From Camelus dromedarius (taxonomy: Eukaryota), in assembly GCF_036321535.1 (NCBI RefSeq), contig NC_087447.1, positions 35,032,001 through 35,096,000 on the forward strand: a stretch of 64,000 bases of DNA, given 5' to 3'. A program made the translations under genes and the position numbers. The notes under the pieces were generated by a model. It was not told the origin of the DNA and did not search any database. It saw only the letters and a program-made list of their open reading frames with translations. Within the stretch, counting starts at the first letter, position 1; each line of letters begins with the position of its first letter. Shown piece after piece: positions 53,342 through 64,000 of this stretch.

Positions 53342-53659
53342 CTTCTGCCAAATTCTTTTCCGTCTTAAAATGACCTTTCCCCTTCGCTCCAATTTTCTGT
53401 ACCATTCTAGGCTCTAATGTGAATTGTAGACAGCTCTTCTCAGAGGCCTTTCTGTAACTTAGGTGTACTTTATGTTGATCGATCAGTTCCTGTCTGTACT
53501 TACTATTGTATACATATTTTGTTTAATATCTCACTTTTACATATGTTAATGGTGAGATCTTCATACATACTTGTTGAAGTTGGCAGGCAGTAGAGCTATA
53601 TCTCTTTTGCAGATGAAAATCTTAAGTCTCAGAGAGAGGAAACAGGATCAATTATTCTT

Positions 53660-54540
53660 TATTTTCTCCAGCCCCCGGCACTCACTAATCTAGTTTTTGT
53701 TTCTGTGAATTTGCCTATTTGGGGTATTTTACATGCAAAGCATACAATATGTGGCTTTTTGTGTCTGTCTGCTTTCATTCAGCGTGGTGTTTTCAAGGCT
53801 TATCCGTGTTGCAGTATGTATCAGTTCTTTATTTTTATGGCTAAATATTCCATTTTATGGATATATCCCACTTTAGTCATCAGTTGATGGCCATTTAGAT
53901 TGATTTCACTTTTTGACTATTATGAATAATGCTAATATGAACAGTTGTGCACAAGTTTTTGTGTGGACGTGTTTTCATTTTTCTTGGGTACATATTTCAG
54001 AGTGGAATTGCTAGGTCATGTGGTAACTCTGTGTTTAATCTTTTGAAGAATTGCCAGACTTTCTAAAGCAGCTGCACCATTTTACCACAGTTCTGATTTC
54101 TCCACTTCCTCTCCCACACTTGTTATTGTCTGTCTTTTTTTATTATAAGCTGTCTTTTTATTACAGTATAAATCCTCTGACTTTGTTCTCTTTTTAAGAT
54201 TGTTTTGGCTGGGTTCCTTGAATTTCTATGTGAATTTTAAGATCAGTTTGTAAATTTTTGCAAACAAGTGAAAAAAGGCAGCTGGGATTTTGATATGGAT
54301 TGTTGACTGTTGAATCTGTAGGGGATTATTGCCATCTTAGCGATATTAACTCTTCTGATCTATTGACAAGGGTTGTCTTTCTATTTATTTAGATGTACTT
54401 TAATTTACTTCAACAATGTTTTATAGTTTTTAATGTCTAGATTTTGCATCTTGTTAAATGTATTCCTAAATGTTTTTTATTTTATTTTTTTGAAGCTGTT
54501 GTGCCACTGTGAACATAATTGTTTTTTTAGTTTCATTTTC
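53660..54540 (-). mobile_element. Old L1MB-type fragments
   Basis: catcagttgatggccatttagattgatttcactttttgactattatgaataatgct...agtggaattgctaggtcatgtggtaactct. Confidence 0.7.
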
Positions 54541-55203
54541 AAGATGGTAATAAACTGTTCACATCCTTTTTTTTTTTTTCTTCATTTAATCCTCAGCACA
54601 AGTCTAGGAGGTGGGTATAATTTCTCTGCACAAGTGAGATAAGTTCAAAGAGGATAAATGATTTTGCCCACAAGGCAACCAAAGTAGTATTTCTGGGACT
54701 ACATCTGGATGAATGAAGAGGTAGTTCACTCAACCTGACCACAAACCCTTGCATGTTTTCTTTTCTCCCTTTGAAACCCAGTTGCAGTACCAGGAAGGGT
54801 GTCTCAAGTGGATGAGATATTCAAGAATGACAAGGGGGTCTTAAACAGTGATGACGGCTGCTACAACCTGCCCTATTTCTTAGCCTTCAGAATGTATTTG
54901 GAGGCAGTGTAATTTAGTGGTTAAAGGCTAGGCCCTCAGTTTGAGCTCTGGCTTCACTACTTAACTTGCTATCTAACTCAGCAAGTTATTTTGATTCTCT
55001 AGCTTTCATTTTCCTCTTCTGTAAAGGAGAGCAGTTATAAGCCTTACCTAAATCATAGGGTCGTTATTAAAAAGGTTAAATCAAATACTTTTCATGTTTG
55101 TAAAACTCAGAGCCCAGAGTAAGGGTTCAGTCAAATGTTAATTTGTAATTGTTCTGCTGCTTATACTTTTATTCTTACTGCATGCTCATTTTTCTCTTTT
55201 CAG

Positions 55204-55288
55204 TACAAATTCAGGGATCTAACTATGGAAGAACTAAAGAATGTAAATATGTTTTTCCCACATTTCAGATATTCCATGGATACCTATG
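55204..55288 (+). CDS. UEVLD: UEVLD coding exon 2
   Basis: TTTTCAG acceptor; [28 protein letters not shown] + 1 nt; GTAAGA donor. Confidence 0.94.
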
Positions 55289-55456
55289 GTAAGAATCATA
55301 TCCTCTAGCTTTTGCTGTATTATTTAAACTATTAATTATTTGTTCCTAGAGAGCTATAAATTTATAATTTGTCGTTTTTCTCTTTTATCCCCTGAGTTTG
55401 AACTACACTTTATTACCTGTGGCTTTTGAGGAAAGTTAAGTTAATAAAATATATAT

Positions 55457-55947
55457 TGTATTAGTTTTCTATTGTTGCTATAACAAATTAGCACAAATTT
55501 AGTGGCTCAAAACAATACAGATTTACTATCTGACAGTTCTGTAGGACAGAATCCCAACACAGGTCTCTGTAGGTTAGAAGTATTGGCAGGTCTTAGTTCC
55601 TTTCTGGAGGCTCTGGGACATAATCTGTTCTCTTGCCTTTTTTAGTTTCTAAAGGTCACCCACATTCTTTGGCTTGAGGTCACCTTCCTCCATCTTCAAA
55701 GTTAGCAATGTTGTATTTCTCCAATCATCCTTCTGTAGTTAGATCTCCAGAGAAAAGTTTCTCTGCTTTTAAGAACTAGTGTGATTGGATTAGGCCCACT
55801 CTAATAATACAGGGTAATTTCCCCATCTTAGAGTCCTTAACTTAATTGCATCTCAAAAGTTTCTTTGCTGAATAAGGTTAACATATTCATGGGTTGCAAG
55901 GATTAGGGTGTTGGACATCTTTGGAGGCTGTTATTTTGCCTACCACA
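55457..55947 (-). mobile_element. MaLR solo LTR (MLT1C/D-like)
   Basis: TGTATTAGTTTTCTATTGTTGCTATAACAAATT...TTTTGCCTACCACA; near-TSD TATAT/TCTAT. Confidence 0.85.
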
Positions 55948-57835
55948 TCTATGATTGATTCAGGATTAATAACAAAGTTTTAGTTATCTTCTTTACTTTA
56001 TGTAGAGGGTCTAGTTACCTAAGAAAGATTTTACTATCTTTCAAAATTTCTGACCACAACTTACACTTGGAAATACATTTTATATCATAACTCCATATAT
56101 AAATAATTAAAATATTATATACACCATGGATTTTCTCTTCTCTTCCATTCCATGAATATATGTATGTTCATGTATAACTGAAACATTGTGTTCCACACTG
56201 AAATTTGACACAACATTGTAAAATGACTATTACTCAATAAAAAAATGTTAAAAAAAAAAAAAAGAGATAGATAATTTCCTCTTCAGATCTCTTCTCTAGC
56301 AATAAACCGTCTTTTTATCATTTTGAAAAAAAAAAGAAATGCTGATTGAAACTCGCTAAATTGATTTCAGGACCCATGAATTAGTCACAACACATAGTTT
56401 TGAAGAAAAAAAAACTTCTTTGTTCTATGGGTATGTTTTATATTTGAATTAGCTTGGATTAGGAAAATATATCTAATTCAGATTTATGTATTAGAAATTT
56501 TGAGGAGTTATTGAAGTATTCCTTAGGAATAGCTAATTTTATTTGTGGAAGAAATGATTAGATTCTGGGCCATCTGTGTCTGGCCTCTCTTAATTAGCAC
56601 CTAGGTATTTGGTGCTGCATGAATGCCTGAGATGGGGGGATTTAACAGCTACTATTTCTTGAACATCAGATATGCTTCCAAGTGTTTTATCTGCATTATC
56701 TTACATACTTTTTTTTAATAATCAAAGCTATGAGGTAAGTATGACTATGTTTTTCAAATAAACTGAGGCTCAGAGAGTTTACATAACTTGCTCAAGATTA
56801 CACAGCTAGTGGAAGGTTGTACTCATGTCCGTCTTGCCCTCTGCTTGAATACTATTTGTTCTTTTATAGTGTCTTTCTTCAGCATATAGATTTAGAGCTT
56901 TGATATACCAGTTAATTTTTATTCTCATTTCCCCTGTCTAGAGAAGGTAAGCTATGGTGCCATTAAACCCTTAAGCTATAGGATTAATATTGTCAATGTA
57001 CATTTTATTATTGAAGAGAATGTTAGTCAAGTGTCATAATCATTTCTATTTTGACTTTTTGAATAATTTTACTATATGATGAATGTAATATTGTTTCTCT
57101 ACTACATTTCTAGGTTCTTCTGTGTCCCTGAGAAACAATCCTTGTTCCACTTCTCTTTCCATTTTAGTTTTTGCCATAAAGTAATTCCCTTCACCCTTTG
57201 TTACCTTTCCCTCATATAGTTCAAGGTAAATATTTGTACTTATGTACACTCTTAGCCTTGAGTTTTCTGTCAGCCTGGCTTTTCCTTTTCTCCCTTTCTG
57301 ATAGGTCGTCAAATCTATTTAGACTTTTTTTCTTCCATTGCCTAAATAGTATAGTTAGTTACTGAGGTCCTAAAAGGCATTCCAAGGCAGTTTGACAGTT
57401 TGAAACCAGATGTAGTGTTTTCTGTATTCAATTCAGAAACTAGAGCATTAACTCTCCATCATTGTGTCCCAGTTAATACAGGTAAGTTGAAATTTCAGGG
57501 ATGTGAAGATTGAGAAAAGGTAGAGAAAATTGGAGTTAGAGAAATCGAAGAAGATAATTATTAAGTTTCTAAAAGGTTACTTTCAAAATTAAAACTAACT
57601 TTTTTCCTGATTATTAAAGTTATAATGTGATATCTGAACATGATTATAACTGGTATTACATGTGACGGTTATTTGATAATGTCCCCACATTTTATAATCC
57701 TTTACTTCTATTTAGGATTTTCACATTATCTCATTTGATCCTTATGACAACTTTATAATGCAGTCTTATTATCTATATTTTATAGATGATGACACTGAAA
57801 GTCAGAGATTAAAGTAACCAAAATTCACTTGCCTC

Positions 57836-58343
57836 TGTTGACCAAAATAATCAATAAACAGTCTATAATAGGAATAGAAAAGAATTTTATTCGAGCCAAA
57901 CTGAGGACTATAGCCCAAGAAACAGCCTTTCAGAAAGCTCTGAAGAACTATTCCAAAGCAGCATGATTTTCAGCAGTTTTGTCTTGCCTGAACAAAGAAC
58001 ATCAAACATAATAGGCCCTATTCCATTCCTTCAGGGTTTCAAAAAAAAGACAGATGAGCATGCACACAGGGAGTCAGCATGGCCTTGCCTGGGCAGGAGG
58101 CCTTATCATCAAAGGAGTGATAGCAGTGATGTCCCAGGAAGGGAGGCGTTTATTTCCATCTTCAAAATGGACATTCTTTACTTCTGGACAATGTACCCTT
58201 TTCTTTAATGGTTAAAGCAGATGAACAATGTATGTTTAACAGGCCACAAAGCAGGCTGTTCTAGTTAGCATAAAGTTTAAGTTAAATCATGTAAAAGCCA
58301 GGATACTTCCCTATACCTCAAAATGTGAAAATTTCTTCCATCA
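57836..58343 (-). mobile_element. ERV solo LTR inserted in a MIR
   Basis: TGTTGACC...CCATCA ends, minus-strand AATAAA near 57886, near-TSD CCTC/CCTA; MIR text on both flanks. Confidence 0.7.
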
Positions 58344-58568
58344 CCTATAAGTAGGAAAAGTGGGCCTAGAAGTAGGAATTTCAGTATCAGAGTCGTGTGT
58401 TCTTTCAACCACCTACTCTGCTTTCTAAGAGAACACCACCTAGTAATTTCCTCTTGCCAATGTATTTACTGATTCCCAGAAAATGGTATTTAGAAGTTGT
58501 GTGATTTTGTATGTATGCATGCATTTTATTTCTCATTGCACATTTTGGGGCTTTTTTTTTGCTTCCAG

Positions 58569-58634
58569 TTTTCAAAGATAGTTCCCAAAAAGACCTGCTG
58601 AATTTCACTGGCACTATTCCTGTGATGCATCAGG
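58569..58634 (+). CDS. UEVLD: UEVLD coding exon 3
   Basis: TTCCAG acceptor; [29 protein letters not shown] donor. Confidence 0.94.
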
Positions 58635-61232
58635 GTAAGTATGGAAGTTGAGAAATGTGGGAATTTTCTAAAAGAGCATTTTTATAAGAACTTACATTTG
58701 TTTAGTATCATAACATTGTCAAAATTTTTTCACATATGTATGATCTATACAGAACCTTACTGGATATAACAGAATGCTGTCCCCATCGAGGAAAGCCTAG
58801 ATTAACACCAACAAATTCAATTCAGTTTAACGGGTATTTATTTATTGAGTGTCAACTGTGTGCCCACTACTCTGCTAGGTTTTGAGGTACAGAGGAGAGT
58901 ACGACAGACATAGGCCTACTCTTGTGGAGAGTCATCTCTGCTTTCCACAGCAAACTGCAGGGGTCCCACATTTTCCTCCATCACATCAATGTTTTGTTCC
59001 CCTCTTTTCCCTCTATATGATGTAGCATTATCCCCATTCTGTAGGTGAAACAGAATCCTGTCATGTGGCTTACCTAAGCCCACACAACTGGTATGAGGCT
59101 GGAACTTGAAACTGTTAATAGGAAATTTTAAAAGCAGGTTATTAAAGCTCAAAGAAAGCATCATGTGTTCAGGTGGCCTGACAGGTTAAAATCGCTGAGT
59201 GTTTGCTAAAAAGAAAGAAAAAATCACTAACTTCCCTATACTTAACTTTTCTTATTTGTCTGAACCCACTTCCCTCAGTGTTCAGCAGCACTGATCTGCC
59301 AGGCAGGTGTCACAGGAGGTTGCTTCTATAGCATGATTTGAAGAACACCAGTGAAGCATTGGTTCAAATATATATCTGTGAAGTAGTGCTTAAAATTCCA
59401 CCATTAAAAATACATTCCTCTTTTAAAATGCAAATAATCTCAGGAGGAACATCCCAAATCCCTAACATACAGTGCTGTGTTTATGGAAAATGCTGAGTAA
59501 ATATTTGTTGGATGATTGAGTTAGTTTATTTTATTGCTGATTGATAGGCTTAGGAATAAATGAATTCACTGGGTATTTGCAAGAGGAGGTGCACTGAAAA
59601 AGGGCTGAGGAGGATCTGGAAACCAAATGGGGAGAGGACAGTAGAGTTTGCTATCTCTTACAGAGGATTTATCACTGTATGATGGGAGCACGTTGCCCAA
59701 TAGACACCAAGAAGCTGTATTTTGGGGGAACTTCTTTCAAAATAGTGCTTCATTATGGTATTCCTTGCTGTTACAGACCATCCTTAATTGCTTCCCCCTC
59801 ATAATGGCTTATTGCCAGAGAAACACTCACGTTTTATTCTGCCCCTGTTTATGTCCGGTCATGATACCTCCTTTGGCACAGAAAATGCTCAGGAATTCAG
59901 TTTGGTTTTTACGAATAGAAATGTGGTTGGAGGTGGAAGTAAGTAGCAGTAGGCTCTGAAAAAATTGCAGTGAGGCAGGCAGAACAGGTATAGAGTCGAT
60001 TTTTATTTCCTTTTCTTGCTTCTCCCCAAGTTCTCACTATTTTCTGAGTGCTTAGAGAACTTAACTCAGACCTATTTCCCATTATTTGTGTTGTATTTTT
60101 ATGGTTAGATGTTAGAGAAAGAGAGAAAGAATTCATACCACCCCAATGATTGATTGATTAATTGACTGATTTTATAATTCTTACCAACCCCAGTGATTTC
60201 AGGGGTAGTTGCATATTAACAAAGGAACTTATGAAATTAAATGAATCATTGCTTAGTAACATTCGGTTTCTAGGACAGTGTCGGGAGGTAACAGGAGGGC
60301 ATAAAAATGATCTTAAGATGCCTCTCATTGGCACTGTGCATCTTCCCAGAGCCAACGAGTCAGGTCATTGATTCTTATGCTGGTAGTAATTCCAAGATAG
60401 CAGTGGGTCCTGTGATACTTTTTTTTATTTTTTGTTTTTTTAGTACAGTCTTTTTCCCCTTTGCTTTTGACTAGAAGTATATCAACTCATTATGATGCAC
60501 ACTAGTTATTTCCTGCTGGTCAGCAGGTCAGGATGTATCATCTTTCTTGTCTGTAAATGGACCAGTAACAGCCTAACTCTAGAACTGTGAAGATTAAGTG
60601 CATTACTGTAAGTAAAGCTTTTGGCATAGTTGCTGGCACATTGTAAGTGCCTTATAAATGTTGGCCATTATTATTTGTCTGCTTATATTACTTCCTTTTA
60701 GTTACTAAATTTGTTAGTATAATAATAATACATGCTTATGCTAAAAAAATTTAAACAAGAAGAAATGAGGTTAAGCTTATATCTAACCTTCCACACAGTC
60801 CTATTCCCCAGGTGAATCTTCTGTTGATATTTCCTTATGTATACTTGCAGAAACTTTCTGGATCATCTCTTATCCCTCCAAGATTGTGCCAAGGTTGTGA
60901 TGACACCTTTTCTTCATCCACCCACTCTTTCAAGATGTGTATGATCTTTGTAGGATGGTACTCATCTGAACTTTATTTATAGCTAACTTTAATTATGTTC
61001 TTAAATGAAGTAATTACTTTAAATCTGAGGGTTCTAACAGGAGTCCTGACTCTTTGGTAATGAATTACTGAAAGCAATGGGCAGGGTTGGAGGCAGGGCA
61101 TTTGCTGACAGGAAAAAATGGGAAAGAAAGAAGAAGGGAATCGGACACCAGTAGTGAAATCTTACCAATATAGACATGGGAATCAGACTCACCACGTGTT
61201 TTGCCAGGAATGAGCTATTAAAATGCATGAAT

Positions 61233-61382
61233 GGGGGGGAGGTTATAGCTCAGTGGTAGAGCATGTCTTAGCATGCACAAAGTCCTGGGTTCAATCTCCA
61301 GTACCTCCATTAAATAAATAAATAAATCTTATGACCTCTGCCCAAAAAAAAGAATTATAAAAATAATTAATTAAAAAAATAA
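61233..61382 (+). mobile_element. tRNA-derived SINE, camelid Vic-1 type, full length
   Basis: GGGGGGGAGGTTATAGCTCAGTGGTAGAGC (A box)...GGGTTCAATCTCC (B box), A-rich tail; TSD TAAAATGCATGAAT on both sides. Confidence 0.85.
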
Positions 61383-63908
61383 TAAAATGCATGAATGCTG
61401 CTGGGGAGGAGCACTGATGAATGCAACACATCCTTGATCAATCAGAAAGATACCTTTAATAGAAATTTCTTTCCTTTAATGTGTAATGATCAACATTAGA
61501 AAGTGGTGCCTTCAAGATTTGGACTACCACTCCAAAACAAAAAGAATGGCCTAAACAGTGGCTTTTAAATGTTTTGATTGTGACCCATAATAAGAAATAC
61601 TTTTATATACATAATTATACATGTTTATAACTGAAATACCATACCACCTGTCAGTGTATTTTTCTATTCAATTCCATGTAAAAATATTGTTTACAGCCTG
61701 CTGAATTAATTTCATGACCTAATTATTGTGACCAACATTTGAAAAGCACTGTCTAGAGTATATAACATTAGACAGAATACCGTCTGGAGGAATGTGATGG
61801 TGTGTCTCATTACCTGCTGGTCACTTGGTAGTGCTGTGATTTCAGGACTTTATAATCATAGAATTAGCTTTGGACCAACGGCTATGCCCATAGCCCATAC
61901 CCATATTGTAAATACTTAGACACTGTGTGTGGTGATGGATGTTAACTAGATTTATTGTGGTGATTATTTTGCAATATATTCAAAGGTTAGATGATTATGT
62001 TATACACATGAAACTAATATACTGTTATATGTCAGTTATACCCAATTAAGAAAAATTGTTAAATACTTAGATAAAATTAGAAGAAGAGTTTGATTCTAAG
62101 AACTGCTGATATAGTAGAAATAGTACTAGGATGTTTCTATTATATACTGACTTTCGATCCTAGCTGCACTTTAGAATTATATGGGAAGCTTTTTAAAAAT
62201 GTTGTCCAGACTCTTCCCATTGAAGCAGAAACTTTGGGGCAGTGGCCTGGATGTTGGTATGTTTCAGAGTTCCTTAAGTGTTTCTGATATGCAGACAGAG
62301 CTGAGTATCATTGTGCTTAGGGGAGGAGAGAGCAAGATGAAAAAAGTAGAGGATTTCCTTAGTAAGAAAAAGATTGCAGTGGAAAGGAAAACTATTTTTA
62401 TTTATACCTTGCTTATTTCCAAAATGGGTTTGAGGTAAGTTGTGAAAGTTGCCACTGTACTGTTAGGTCCTTAAGGGCTCTGGAACCCTCTCTGGGTCCT
62501 TGAGACTTGGAAGGGCCACTGCTGGCTTCCTTGTTTTGTGGTTGTCAGTCTTTAGTTATCCTCTTAATCTTCACTGCCGACCAAGTCCTGTCTTCACTGT
62601 CTCTCCACTCCCCTGGTGGGGGTACTCTTTCCTTCACTGTACAGAGGAGCCATCACTAGAATGGTGAATAAAGTTGAGAATGCAAAAAAAAAATTGCCAA
62701 CCTGTCATGGTCTATTTACCATGTCATGTACTGTTCTAAGCATTTTACATACCTTAACTAATTTTATCCTCACAACAACCCTGTGAGTTAGGAGCTTTTA
62801 TTCTTCCCATTTTATAGAGGAAGGAGTTGAGGCACAGAGAAGTTAAGTAACTTGCCTAAAATCATATAGCTAATAATGTGTGGAACTAGGAATTGAACCT
62901 AGGCATTCCACTCTCCTAAGAGGACATGTTCTTAAATACAGTGAAAGATATATGCAATAAAACTATGAAAGCAGGAATAAATATTGGGAGATACAATAGA
63001 ATGGCTAGGATAATTGGTCAGATTTCTAATTTAAGGTGAATTTTTGCACTTATATTAGGTTTAACTTTGGGCTTTCTGTAGACCAAAGCAGTCAGAGATT
63101 TTGGCTCTCAGTTAGCATGCCTTACGTGGTTCCATTGTACATGGTTTGCGGTTATATGGTACATGAACATGGAAGAGCCTTCACTTGGGTTCCTATCTCA
63201 GTACTGTAAAATTTAAAAACCACTGGAGAAAGTGACTACTGAGGTCATTTTCAGCTCTAAGCTCTATGTATCTAACCCAGCTTGTATGTTACGTTATAGT
63301 ATCTGCAATTAATGAGCAACTTGAGGGCCAATATCAAATTCATCTTTGCTCATTCATTCATTTGTTCATTTATTCATTCATTTGTTCTTAGTTATATAAG
63401 AAACTTTTATTGAGCAGCCAGTTTGTTAGGCACTATACTTGGTGCAGGGGACATAGAAATGAGCAATACATAATTATCCCCAGAAGTTCACAGTGTAAAA
63501 GGAGAAACAGACTTGTAGGCAGATAACTTCAATGCAGAATAAGTATAAAAATAAGAGTGTCCATTACCTTTCAAGAAAGGTGCAATAGCTCTGCTTGGGT
63601 GGAGCAAAAAAGGTTATGTAGAGAAGATGTTGTATCCCCAACTCCTAGCACAGTAGGTTCTATAAATATATATTGAATTGAATTGAATGAGCTGGCCATT
63701 GTCTTAACTAAGTTTCTGTAAATGTTATGCTGGTGCTTTAATGGGAACATATTTCCAATCTGAATATGGATGAAAATAGAGAAATAGTCCTCAAGTTATC
63801 AATAAACTTGACTAGACTACGTGTCTTAAAAGGCCACCTATGCCATAAATACAATGTGTGTGCTTCATTATTATTTGAAGATGTGTTTGTTTATTTTGTC
63901 TCAAATAG

Positions 63909-64000
63909 GTAATACATATAACATACCAATTCGTTTGTGGATTCTGGATTCTCACCCTTTTGCTCCCCCCATTTGCTTCCTAAAGCCAACTGCAAATATG
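63909..64000 (+). CDS. UEVLD: UEVLD coding exon 4 (partial, runs off window)
   Basis: AAATAG acceptor; [31 protein letters not shown], a UEV/TSG101-like motif. Confidence 0.94.

Noticed and set aside
61233..61310. tRNA-like sequence with A and B boxes
   Set aside because: The A-rich tail, TSD and multiple diverged copies make it a SINE, not a tRNA gene.

Overview
Mammalian genomic DNA, most likely a camelid (tRNA-derived SINEs of the camelid Vic-1 type), syntenic to the SPTY2D1-UEVLD locus. The + strand holds the complete six-coding-exon SPTY2D1 gene (CDS 14634-30290, 681 aa as assembled by hand, with a ~3 kb 3'UTR) and the first four coding exons of UEVLD (from 47956, running off the window end). 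Each starts in a CpG-island promoter. Between them, on the - strand and largely missed by the ORF track, are two spliced two-exon micropeptide ORFs of 53 aa (38261-37667) and 40 aa (35950-35225). They match what I recall of Kastor and Polluks from the MISFA/SPTY2D1OS (mouse Gm9999) locus. That system is already described in mouse. The sequence adds hints that the two units are ancient tandem paralogues (shared N-terminal motif, same intron phase and position, identical 12-nt CRE-like upstream motif) and that they could be spliced into a bicistronic mRNA with an ATGA stop/start overlap. The rest is largely interspersed repeats (L1, L2, MIR, MaLR/ERV LTRs, MER DNA transposons), several with readable target-site duplications (TSDs), inversions and candidate transductions. 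Gene and repeat names come from recognition, not from database searches.
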